This document shows positions 13,943 to 25,848 of a stretch of 64,000 nt of DNA, piece after piece. Source of the DNA: Octopus sinensis (lineage: Eukaryota). How positions within the stretch are numbered: position 1 is the first letter of the stretch; each line of letters starts with the position of its first letter. Under the pieces are notes generated by a model. The model was not told the DNA's origin. It worked only from the letters and a program-made list of their open reading frames with translations, and searched no databases. Both the position numbers and the translations under genes were made by a program. The stretch is taken from positions 39,060,001 through 39,124,000 of the forward strand of contig NC_043009.1 in NCBI RefSeq assembly GCF_006345805.1, read 5' to 3'.

Positions 13943-14322
13943 TGTGGTAAGAAGCTTGCTTCCCAACCACATGGTTCCGTGTTCAGTCCCACCTTGGGCA
14001 AGTGTGTTCTATTATAGCCTAGGCCCGATTAAAGCCTTGGGAGTGTATTGGTAGTTGGAAACTGAAAGAAGCTAGTCGTATATATATGTGACCTCGTGTG
14101 TACCGTTGGCGATTTTTTCCCTCTGTCTTCCCTTCTCTGGATCTTTCCTTCTATGTTTCCGACGAAGAGCTCCGCTCGAAAAGTTAAACCCTACTTCTTT
14201 CCTTCTTTCCTGAGCGTCCAATAATACTATATTTGTTCCACGTCCTCGCGTTGTTGTGTTTTTTTTGTGCTTTCTTGTTTGGATTAACTATATATAAATA
14301 TATATATATATAAATATATGTA

Positions 14323-14360
<38 letters not shown>

Positions 14361-14620
14361 TATATATATATATGTATATATGTAATTACATTTATGTATG
14401 TGTGTCTGTGTTGGCCACTCCAGCATTGCTTGACAAACGATGTTGGTGTGATAACGCCCCCGTAACTTAGTAGTTTGACAAAAGAGGGCCATACGATAGG
14501 TACTAAGCTTACAAAAAATAAGCCATGTCTGCAGTCGATTTGTTCAACTAAACTCCCCTCATGGTGCTGCTCCAGCATGGTCGCAGTCAAAAGCTTGAAG
14601 CAAGTAAAAGAATAAAAGAA
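13943..14620 (+). mobile_element. tRNA-derived SINE, family B, split by a nested insertion (14088-14289)
   Basis: Head TGTGGTAAGAAGCTTGCTTCCCAACCACATGGTTCCGTGTTCAGTCCC..CCTTGGGCAAGTG, an internal TA/TG microsatellite, and tail GTGCTGCTCCAGCATGGTCGCAG..GTAAAAGAATAAAAGAA. Confidence 0.85.
14088..14289 (+). mobile_element. Penelope-like terminal fragment with a mutated minimal hammerhead motif
   Basis: Inserted in the (TA)n of a family B SINE. 14155-14189 reads GTTT-CCGACGA-A-GAGC-TCC-GCTC-GAAA-AGTT-AAAC. Confidence 0.55.
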
Positions 14621-15460
14621 CACTTATATTCTATCCACTCAAATTATGATTCGCCGGTTTCCATATACTTATAGTTTCTGCTTTGTCAATAAGAGGGTCC
14701 TTTCTGTTCTTTTCTTTTACTCCTTCTCGATAACAACTTGGTTGATAGGTGAGAGTCATTCAATCAATGGATAGGGCAAATGGCACAAGTATTCCATTGA
14801 CTAGATGAGCAGTAATCGAGAGTTGTGAGAGATTCTTACTGCTGCTGAGTAATTTACATGAATCATCCTCATCAAAACAAGTTCTAAAGCAAAAAATCTG
14901 ACATACTATGCAAAAGAACGCACTATGAATATTCTACACTTTCTTGACTGTTCAATATGCCACGGTACGTTTCGTACCGGTACGAAAGAGCTACGAACAC
15001 ACATGCTCTCGGAGTCCACTTATCTCCGAGTGTAGCCATGGTCATCATCATTCAGATAGGTTAAACAAAATTCGAACGATTAGATTATGAACAACTCAAA
15101 TATGGTTTGTGGTTCATGTGTGTACACATACATACAATCTTAAAACGCGCGCGCACACACAAACACGCGCGCGCACACACACACACAGAGAAATATGCAT
15201 ATATCTATTTATAATTATACACACACAGATACGGATACATAGGCACATATATATATGTTTATATATATATATAAACACACACATATATATATATATATAT
15301 AAACGCACATATATATATATATATATATATCACGTGATCACGCTAGTCACGATGCGTTTTAGCCTTCGAATGACGCCACCTCGCTGGCTAAGCGAGCAGG
15401 CCAACAGAAGAAAGAGTGAGAGAAATAGTGGGGAAAGAGTACGCCAGGGATCACCACCCC

Positions 15461-15771
15461 CGGGCCGACCAAAACCTTGTGTGTGGATTTGGTAGACAGA
15501 AACTGAAACAAGTCCGTCGTATATATGTATATATATATATGCGTGTGTGTGTTTGTGTGTCTGAGTTTGTCCCCCTAGCATTGCTTGACAACCGATGCTG
15601 GTGTGTTTATGTCCCCGTTACATAGCGGTTCGGCAAAAGAGACCGATAGAATAAGTACTGGGTTTACAAACGAATAAGTCCGGGGGTCGAGTTGCTCGAT
15701 TAAAGGCGGTGCTCCAGCATGGCCACAGTCATATGACTGAAACAAGTAAAAGAGTAAAAGAGTAAAGAGTA
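15461..15771 (+). mobile_element. SINE family B, 5'-truncated, joined to a different upstream repeat (15330-15460)
   Basis: CGGGCCGACCAAAACCTTGTGTGTGGATTTGGTAGAC..GGCGGTGCTCCAGCATGGCCACAGTC..(GTAAAAGA)n tail. Confidence 0.85.
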
Positions 15772-15785
15772 TATATATATATATA

Positions 15786-16514
15786 TACTAACAATATAGG
15801 ATGAAGTCCCTTTCTCTACAGAAAAAAAATCCATCAGGAAGCGTGGGCAGTATATTTAAAAAAACCGTTACGGTTGAAGTATAAACATCATATAATTAAG
15901 GTCTAAAGAGGGTTATTCTAAAGCCAATACACTGATTTATCCACTTATAATCCGCTTGCTACAGGAGAATTGAAACTGAAAACGGGCAACTAACCTTTAG
16001 AAAATTTAAATTTCGTTATCTCTATATTGAATCAATTTCGGAATTAATCTTATAAAAAGATATATTCTTTCCTCAGTAGAGCTTTCGATGGGATATAATT
16101 AAAATACTCACGTATGATCATGGAAAAAGCACAAGCTAAAAACATAACTACACTTGAGTACATCACTTATACCTAAAAATAAAAATTCTTTGGTCAGCCT
16201 CAGAAACAACGTCTTGACCTTTCGCCGCTACAAATTGTAATGGTTACCGGTCTTCCCGTAGCAAGCAGCGAGTTTACTACTAACAATATAGGATGAAGTC
16301 CCTTTCTCTACAGAAAAAAAATCCATCAGGAAGCGTGGGCAGTATATTTTAAAAAACCGTTACGGTTGAAGTATAAACATCATATAATTAAGGGCTAAAG
16401 AGGGTTATTCTAAAGCCAATACACTGATATATCCACTTATAATCCGCGGATTATAAGTGGATAAATCAGTGTATTGGCTATAGAATAACCCTCTTTAGCC
16501 CTTAATTATATGAT
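15786..16514. mobile_element. Pseudo-LTR element: 170-bp direct repeats plus a terminal 68-bp fold-back, inside (TA)n
   Basis: Direct repeats 15786-15955 and 16278-16447. Spacer-free palindrome 16379-16514 centred on CCGCGG (66/68 matches). Confidence 0.8.
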
Positions 16515-16917
16515 ATATATATGGTGGATTCTCTCATTGAAGACGATGAATGAGTGTTCAGCAAATAACTTTCAACAATTCCTAAGCCTTGTGACACCGC
16601 ATGTGTATTTTCAATCCAGCATATATATAAACATATGCCATACGCACGTACATATGTTTATGCACATATATACATAGTTACGCATACATATTCATATATT
16701 TATATATTCATCTTTTATTTTGGTGTTTCATGTCTCGTTTCAATCATTGGACTACGGCCATGCCGGAATACATTTATAAATATATATATAAACTTATTCA
16801 ATCGTAACTTAACGTCGTCATTATGTATCCGGATTTGTGTCTTTCAATGAAATAACGCAAATAAATGCAAAGCGAAACCATGATAATTGTACTGTATATC
16901 TTATGGAATCTTACATA

Positions 16918-18515
16918 CAGTTGCAGGCAAAATGTTCAGAACGGCATTGTTTTCGTTAGAAAAGTATGTATAAGTTTTTATCAAAGTTGTTTTATATTCT
17001 ATAATTTTCACAGACAATAAATACGATATTATTTGTTTATTATCTGAGATTTTGGTGTAATTTGAGAGGATAATACAAAAGTTATGGATGATTTAGTGAT
17101 TTACTGCAAAACCCATGGCGGCCAAAATGATCAGAACGGTTGCTTCTACTCCGTGTTTTAGTATATTTAACCGGCGAACTCTAATGTCTTGAATTTGTTT
17201 ACGTGACGGTTCGTTTACTAAATATTAGTAAACATATCTACAGTGTACTTTGTTAATATAATGCCACTTACTCCGTTACCAATTCGTCAGCAGATTATTA
17301 AGCTTCGAAAGAAGGATAATTTTAGTATTGGGTCTATTGCAAACATTGTTAACCAGTCAAAAAGTGTTGTTCACGGTATTCTTAAGGTCTACGATGATTG
17401 TGGTTCTTGTGAAGCAATAAAGTCTACAGGTAGGCTAAGAAAAACGACCAAGAGAGAAGATCGTGCTATGGTAAAGTTGGTTAAAAAGGACAGATTTAAA
17501 ACTGCTGCTGCTGTTTTTCGGGAAATGAGCATTGTACTGAAGAAAACTTTATCTCGAAAAACTGTGTCTCGTCGTTTAGTTGAACATGACCTACAAGCAA
17601 GAGCACCTGCAGTGAAGCCACTGATCAGCTCCAAGAATAAAAAGTGTCGTCTTACCTGTGCAACCGAACATGGCAACTGTGCATTTCAGTGATGAATCTA
17701 AGTTTATGTTATTTGGCTCAGATGGGAAAAGGTACGTTCGTCGAAAAATAGGTGAAAAATTGTTGCCTAAATGCCTTAAGACTAGTGTTAAATTCGGTGG
17801 AGGAAGTGTCATGGTTTGGGGGATGATATCTGGAGATGGTGTGAGCCCTTTGGTGCGATTGCAAGGAAAGGTAAATGCAGGAGTTTATAAACAACTTGTA
17901 AAAGATCATGTCTTGCCTGTGCTGAGAAATTCAACCAAGCAACCACCCATATTCATGCACGAAAATGCTCCATGTCACAAGGCTAAGGTGGTCATGAACT
18001 TCTTTAAGGCTGAAAAGGTTATTGTTATGGATTGGCCTGCTCAAAGCCCAGATCTCAATCCTATTGAAAATGTGTGGAATATTCTAGGAGAACGTTTGAA
18101 AGCCAGAAATCCTAAAACAACCGAGCAATTATGGAATGCTCTTCAGGAAGAATGGAATAAGATCACCCAGCAAGAAATTGAAAATTTAATTTCCTCATAC
18201 AGTCAAAGTGTGATTGAAGCTAAAGGGCTTTACACTAAATATTAAATAATTCCAGTATTCTCTGTCATTTTTGATTATTTTGTTATTTTTTCAACCGTTC
18301 TGATCATTTTGGCCGCCATGGGTTTTGCAGTAAATCACAAAATCATTAATAACTTTTCAATTATCCTTTCAAATTACATCGAAATCTCCGACAATAACAA
18401 ATCAAATCGTATTTATTGTCTGTGAAAATTATAGAATATAAAACAACTTTGATAAAAACTTATACTTACTTTTCTAACGAAAACAATACCGTTCTGAACA
18501 TTTTGGCCGCAACTG
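16918..18515 (+). mobile_element. Full-length Tc1-family DNA transposon (IR/DR type), 1598 bp, defective transposase
   Basis: TA dinucleotides at 16916-17 and 18516-17. Long TIRs 16918-17142 and 18292-18515 (CAGTTGCAGGCAAAATGTTCAGAACGG.. vs CAGTTGCGGCCAAAATGTTCAGAACGG..), each with an inner direct repeat GCGGCCAAAATGATCAGAACGG. Encloses a transposase. Confidence 0.97.
17261..18245 (+). pseudogene. Tc1-like transposase split by a deletion/frameshift near 17680
   Basis: The N-terminal HTH region (MPLTPLPIRQQIIKL..STGRLRKTT..KPLIS) is in ORF 17243-17692. The catalytic domain is in ORF 17658-18245: HFSDESKF, VKFGGGSVMVWG, HENAPCH, WPAQSPDLNPIENVW. There are 34 residues between the second acidic position and E (DD34E spacing), but the second D is replaced by E. 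Confidence 0.95.
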
Positions 18516-19224
18516 TATATTTACCATAGGGAAAACTTACAGTGGATGCCTTTTGGAAAAAAATATTACTATATTGCAATGTTTGTGTTTGACCTAACGA
18601 AATTTATATATATCTCATGTCATATGAAATAATAATATTATATATATGTGGAATGTAAGCTACAGCGAATAGTGAAAAAATATTCAACATTTGGTAAATG
18701 AACTCTGATTAGAATCTTGTCTGGCAATATATTATGTGCTGTAACAAGACTGCAGCAAGACAAATATTGCTCATGTATGTTATGTTGATATGTTAAACGA
18801 AGTCCAGTTTCAGCATATTTAACTTAAAATGTGTTCGATTTTACCAGCGTGGGTGTACTTGCATGTGTGTATGTGTGTATATGCATGTGTATGTGTGTAT
18901 ATGCATGTGTATGTGTGTATATGTGCATAAATGTATGTTTATGTATACACATATATATATTTTTTTAAATAAAACTATCCGACGAACGGGAACGTGAAAT
19001 TCTGAATAACTGCTTTTGTTATATTTCTGCTGCTTTTAAATAAAGTATATATGTGTATATAGATGAATATATATGTATATATATACATTATATATGTATA
19101 TATAATATATATATATATACGTATATATGTATATATATATGCACTTACATACATATATACATACATGTATAATTATATATGTATGTCTATCTATCTATCT
19201 ATTTATCTGTATATCTATCTATCT

Positions 19225-19283
<59 letters not shown>

Positions 19284-19296
19284 GTGTGTCTGTCTC

Positions 19297-19368
<72 letters not shown>

Positions 19369-20207
19369 TTGCATAATTCTGTAGAGAGCTTATTTGATTG
19401 TCGATTGTCTAATTTGGAGTAAGTTCTAGTGGCAATAGTATACAGGCTATGCGGGACAACGTTTTATTTAAGCTTTTAGAGTTCAACACATGCATGAAAA
19501 ACACTAACAATGGTTTCAAGTTTTGGACATAATGGGTAGTGCAGAAAAAAATGGTTGAACTGGATGCATCACAAGTTCCGAGAAATGGATAGAGGAATGG
19601 AACGAGGCAACCTAAATGGTAGCGATAAGATACCAACCAGAATCGAAAAACAGAGCTGATTCTAAATTAGCGTTTAAAATACTTGACCTTGTAAAATCTA
19701 TTCAGAATTTGAAATGAAAATACCATCAAACAGATATCAATGAATATTAAATATTGCAAATGCATGAGAAATTCAAGTAGAAATTTTTAAACAAAACTTA
19801 AGTAGAAATGCATTAACTAGCTTTGTCCAGATAGTGATAAAAGGCTTAAGTAACTACGTAGTGTTGATAAAATTTTATCGTTACCCAGTCTAATAACACA
19901 TATTAAAAATCGCGTATATGGGGATTTACTTGTGTGCGACTATAAAATACCAGATTGGGGAAATATATCTAACATAGTCAAAGAACACACATATTAAAAT
20001 GGCGTAGACGAGGATTTAGTTTGTATGGGAATTATATCTTTGTATGATAAAGCATTCGTCCATAAGTTTTTTTCTTGTCGGTTGATTTATATGCATATGT
20101 TCGAAAATGTATTTAATACATAAACACTGAAAACAACTGATGACCTTGAAAGATAACAGGTTATTTATATATGTATATATATACATTTATATGTTGTGTG
20201 ATATGTG

Positions 20208-20244
<37 letters not shown>

Positions 20245-20435
20245 GTATATTTGTATGCATATATGAATATATATATATATTTATGCATACATATATATAT
20301 ATAATATATATATATATACATACATGCATACATACATAATATTATATATATATTGTATGTACACACACACACATCACCACACACACACACACATTATATA
20401 TATATAATATATATATTATATATATAATATATATA

Positions 20436-20593
20436 TATAAAATATTACTAGAGACAAAACCACTATTTTGCAAACAAACAAGGAAAGACTTAATCAATAC
20501 ATAAAATTTTATAAATTATTAAAATTTTATGTATTGATTAAGTCTTCCTGTTTGTTTGCAAAATAGTGGTTGTGTCTCTAATAATATTTTATA
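20436..20593. repeat. ~75-bp palindrome with an 8-nt spacer, inside (TA)n
   Basis: Arms 20436-20511 and 20520-20593 differ by 2 substitutions and 2 single-base indels. Confidence 0.92.
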
Positions 20594-20667
20594 ATATTTT
20601 ACTATAAAATTGGATGTAATCCTAAATCTGATTTTTTCCCTGTAAATTGGATTTATTCCCTAATATT

Positions 20668-20721
<54 letters not shown>

Positions 20722-21244
20722 TATAGATAAATATATATACATATATATACGTACATACATATATAAACATATATATATTGTATGTACCAAAAACATATAT
20801 ATGTATGTATGAATGTTTCTATGTATTTCTACATACGTAATACATAGGCGCATATGCGTAAACACATTTATACAGTCTCACATGCATGTTCAATCTTGAC
20901 TAATAATATCAAATTTTCAGCTTGAATGCAATATCAGATATCATAAATATATGTAAACCCCCAAATGGTGATATCAAAACAATAGCGAATCCACTGATGG
21001 GAATATAATCATGCCTATCTTATGCACACAAACACACCCATACACGTGCGGACATACACAGACACGTACACACATGCACACACACATACACACACAAACA
21101 CACACAGACACACATATATACACACTAGCAGTTATAGGCATATAATATACCCACGCGAATATGTGTGCATGTCTGTGTATATATTTATATATGAACATAT
21201 ACATATATATATATATTCTCTTTTATTTCTTTCGTTATATTGTT

Positions 21245-21345
21245 TCAGTCAACTGACTGTGGCCATCCTGGAGCACCAGCTTTTAGTCGAAGAAAGCGAC
21301 TCCTGGAGCTATTCTTTGTAAGGTCGGTGCTTATACAGCAAGAGT
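21245..21345 (-). mobile_element. SINE family B 3' fragment
   Basis: GTTTCAGTCAACTGACTGTGGCCATCCTGGAGCACC is the reverse complement of the family B tail. Confidence 0.65.
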
Positions 21346-21600
21346 AAGTGAGAGAGACCAACACACAGACAGACGCACACAGACACACAGACACAGACAC
21401 AGATACAGACAGACAAACACACACACATATATATATAGGTATCCACATATATATCAATATATTTTTATCTATATTACACGCATACATGTGTATATATATA
21501 TATTTGTATTAACACCTTTTCGTATGTGGTTTTAATTCCACCATTCTTTTATATATATATATATATTATATATATATTATATATATATTATATATATATA

Positions 21601-21632
<32 letters not shown>

Positions 21633-22307
21633 TATAAAAGGGCTTAGTAAAATAAATTACTTTGCCGCATACTGAACTCATTAGAAATAGTAGCTAAAAA
21701 AAACTTTTTAAAACTATTTCTAATACTTAAAGAAAACCTCTCTCATATAGTGTTTGCTCAATTCAACTCACGAAAGTATGGGGGTGTAAAGACATAAAAA
21801 ATCAAATTGCAAAGGTTATTGAGAACGTACTTTCAAGATTAGTCAACTCGACATTTCTATCATCAGCTCAGACTCCTTGGTTTGGATTTGAAAACACTGA
21901 AAGTGGGAGCATACCTTTCGGCTTCTTATCGCTTCTGAAGATCTGCTCGAAACTAACAGTGCCGCAAACTCAAATATGCAAGCGAAGAATTTCTGCTCTC
22001 CCCTTTCCACCAGCGTGGGTTAAAATCAGTAAACACTATGCTTTTTTCGGTTAAAATCCGAGGCATTAAATAGAGAGAGATGAATTATAATTTCAACAAT
22101 TGAGGGTAAAATTAATTAATAATTAATCAATTTCACCAAGTATTCAGTATGCAAAGGGACCATTTAAGGCGAATTCAAATTATTACATTATATAAAAGGG
22201 CTTAGTAAAATAAATTACTTTGCCGCATACTGAACTCATTAGAAATAGTAGCTAAAAAACACTTTTTTAAAACTATTCTAATACTTAAAGAAAACCTCTC
22301 TCATATA
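21633..22307. mobile_element. Pseudo-LTR element: 117-bp direct repeats around a 441-bp core, inside (TA)n
   Basis: TATAAAAGGGCTTAGTAAAATAAATTAC..CTCTCTCATATA occurs at 21633-21749 and 22191-22307, almost identical. Both outer flanks are TA tracts. Confidence 0.8.
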
Positions 22308-23100
22308 TTATATATATATATATATATAATATATATATATTATATATATATATATAATATATATATATATATATAATATATATATATACATACATATATA
22401 TATGCATATGATTTTATGTATTCTGTCTGGAAAAAAACAGCCTTAGGCAAGTATGTGGATCTAAAGATATATTATATACTCGGAACACGTACGTACTTTT
22501 GGTAACGGGGTATATTAAAATGACAAGCTAAATTTCCTTGGACTGCAGGGCAAACAAAAGATAATTGAAATAAACTAAGTTATATACAATCACGAATTGG
22601 AATCTGTAACACACGAGGTGTAAATAGTAAGTTAAAATGTCTGTGAATTCAAATCACATCAGTTTGTCCATATACAATATATAGTAAAGTACACCAACAG
22701 CTTGAGGCTTAATATATATGCTGGGAACAATAAATTACATATAATTTTCAAAGTGCCACAAGAATGTACTTTCTTTTGCAGATTACTACTAAAGGTATCA
22801 ATGAAATTATACTGAAAACAATATGAATTAAGATTAACTGGAGGCACATGAAGCAGCGGTGAACGAACTTTGTGTATAGTTATATTTAACGCGTTCCTGT
22901 ACATTTGGACGTGGAAAGATGTTTCAGTGCTGAAAGAGTTGCAGTAGAAAATTTTCTTCACAGGCAATGTGATTAAAAATATATTATTTGGCTACGAATG
23001 ACATCATCGTACAATGGATCGCAGCATTTTTGAAATAGAATCATTCACATCTTTAGCCTTCTAAGAACAGTTGCTCTTATATATAACTTTTTTTTTTTCT

Positions 23101-23410
23101 GAGACCTCCTTCGGTCATGACTGATTACTCCCAGAAAAGTCCGGGCAAGGTTGTTTATGGAAGACCAGCAGCCGCCCATGCATACCGGTCCCTCCTCTCC
23201 ACGCCACCGATGTTATCCAATGGAAAGGCAAAGGCCAATACAGCTTGGTACCTGTGACGTCGCAACTCATTTCTGCAGCTGAGTGAACTGGAGCAACGTG
23301 AAATAAAGTGTCTTGCTCAAGAACACAACACGCAGCACAGTCCGGGATTCGAGCTCACAACCTCACGATCGTAAACTCGACGCTCTAACCACAGAGCCAT
23401 GCGGCTTCAC
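23101..23410 (-). mobile_element. tRNA-derived SINE, family C
   Basis: Minus-strand head GTGAAGCCGCATGGCTCTGTGGTTAGAGCG..GCTCGAATCCCGG, then GTGTTCTTGAGCAAGACACTTTATTTCACGTTGCTCCAG. A second copy is at 24375-24680. Confidence 0.85.
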
Positions 23411-23421
23411 ACACACACACA

Positions 23422-23490
<69 letters not shown>

Positions 23491-24281
23491 ATATAATATA
23501 TATAATATTATATATTATATATATATATATATTATATATATATATAACTTCACATAATATAACTATAACATCAGTTAATGTCACGTTCACTAAAGTGCAT
23601 AGGTGAAGTCGAGCTACAATTAATCAACTGGAGGCGCGCGAAGCTGCGTTGTAAAAAATGTAGGTGTACAATCATATTTGAAAAGAGATGACGTACACGC
23701 GGACGCGGAATACATTTCACTGCCGAAATAGCCTCGGGAGAAAATTCGCCGCATTGACAATATGTGTTAGAACATATCATTGGAATATGAATGACGCTAT
23801 CGGACTTTAAGACGCATGTGTTTCTGTGTCGTTCCACTTCCTGAGATATAGAAACCGAATCAATCTTACAAATTCCTCTACAAACTTTGTTTTTAAATAT
23901 AAAAAGAGCAACGTTACATTTTTTTTAATATGTGCAATTCTTGGTTCAGTTCGAATTACTTAAATAGAAATGTAGAAAGTAGCTATATATACTAAACTAA
24001 CTAAATCTACATGAACTGTTGTTCCGTGTCCACCGATCGGTGTTGGCTATGATATCTAAAAAAAGTGTTACAATATAATTCTCTTCAGACTATCGACAAC
24101 GGGAAGCAGAGGCTTTTAAACACCCAATTCATTATTGTAGTCTTACTTTCATTTACTAATACTATATTTTCGTTATTTTACTATGATTTCATCAAATAAT
24201 TTCGAGTTTACCACTTTCTGTCCCTCTAGAATGCACAAGCATTCACACACGCAAAGTCGCCCCGCCCTTCACAACCAAACA

Positions 24282-24368
<87 letters not shown>

Positions 24369-24374
24369 ATATAT

Positions 24375-24680
24375 GAGACCCCACTTGTGTCATTATTGAC
24401 CATGAGATCGCACCTTGAAACTTCTCCTCCGAAGCATAACACCGGGCAAGGTGGTTTATGGAAGACAAATAGTCGCCCATACATACGAGACCCTGCTCTC
24501 CACGCTACCGAAGTTATCCAAGGAAAAGGCAAAAGCGGACACAGCTTGGCACTAGTGACGCCACAACTGATTTCTACAGCTGTGTGATCTAGAACAACGT
24601 GAAAGAAAGTGTGTTGCTCAAGATCACAACATAAAATCCGGTCCAGGAATCGAACTCGCGATCGTCAGCTCGACACCGTA
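24375..24680 (-). mobile_element. SINE family C copy
   Basis: Colinear with 23101-23410 along its length (GGGCAAGGT..GGAAGAC..CTCTCCACGC..GTTGCTCAAGA..GGAATCGAACTC). Confidence 0.8.
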
Positions 24681-24750
24681 ATACGTATACACATATGTGT
24701 GTGTGTGTGTGTAATGTATGTATGTATGCATGTGTATATAAGTATGTATG

Positions 24751-24998
24751 TATTAGCCGAAGTGTACAATATTATATATTTATCACGGCGGATCTTGCCA
24801 ATCGGTTTCGCGTTGGGGTATAAACAGAGTGTTAAGTAACAATCCGAATATATAACCCTACGCCTATATCGGTTACCTCTGATGAGCGCAGGATTATATT
24901 ATCGGACTGTTACCTAATATTCCGTTGTGTCACTGGCGCGAAACCGATTGTTAAGATCGGACGTGATAGATATATAATACTGTACACTTCGGATAATA
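24751..24998. repeat. 62-bp inverted repeat enclosing a hammerhead-like core
   Basis: Arms 24751-24812 and 24937-24998 match at 55/62. CTGATGA-GCGC...GCGC-GAAA-CCGAT lies at 24879-24948. Confidence 0.85.
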
Positions 24999-25065
24999 TA
25001 CCCACTCTATTGACAGATATGCGAGTGCATCATTTTCCTGACTTATGGAATTTTAGACATCTTAC

Positions 25066-25102
<37 letters not shown>

Positions 25103-25586
25103 AGCGAATCGACACAATCTGCATTACCCACAATGACTTCCATTCCGTAAGTAAGGAGGTACATAATTTACGCAAAGTTTCCTTCTGCTGTCCTTTTTAC
25201 ATATGAAATCTCTTTTCTTCGCTGTCACTTTTACCCATTCGATCTGCACCAGTTTTAACAGTCCATGACACCGACCGTCTCATATTTTCTAGTTACCCCC
25301 GTTTTCCTTTATTCCTCTAGCTTTTCTCCCCTTTTTATTACCTTTCTGAAGAGGATTCTTAGAACAAAACATTGACAACATTAAAATAGATATGTCTTCT
25401 GTTCTCTTTCTCTCCTGTGTTGATATTTTCGTCATTCTTTTTGACTTATATGTGTACATACACACACCACACACACACACACACAACACACACATATATA
25501 TATATATATATTCATATGCATATGCACATATACACCGGTGCACTCATGTTCATATAATCAGTTACCAGAAACACATGCATGTGCAT

Positions 25587-25635
<49 letters not shown>

Positions 25636-25786
25636 TATAATATTTTTTATTTCATTAAACATGGCTCGTAGAGTTGTTTGTAACGCAGTCAAACTGTATA
25701 GCTGTATCAATTTGTGTATAAGTGAGTGTGTGTGTGTTTGTATAAATACACATACATTCATAATCTATATATACATATACATTCGA

Positions 25787-25848
<62 letters not shown>

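Noticed and set aside
13943-14000. tRNA gene candidates at SINE heads (also 23330-23410, 40110-40175, 63120-63192)
   Set aside because: Only A/B-box-like remnants are present; there is no complete cloverleaf and they continue into SINE bodies.
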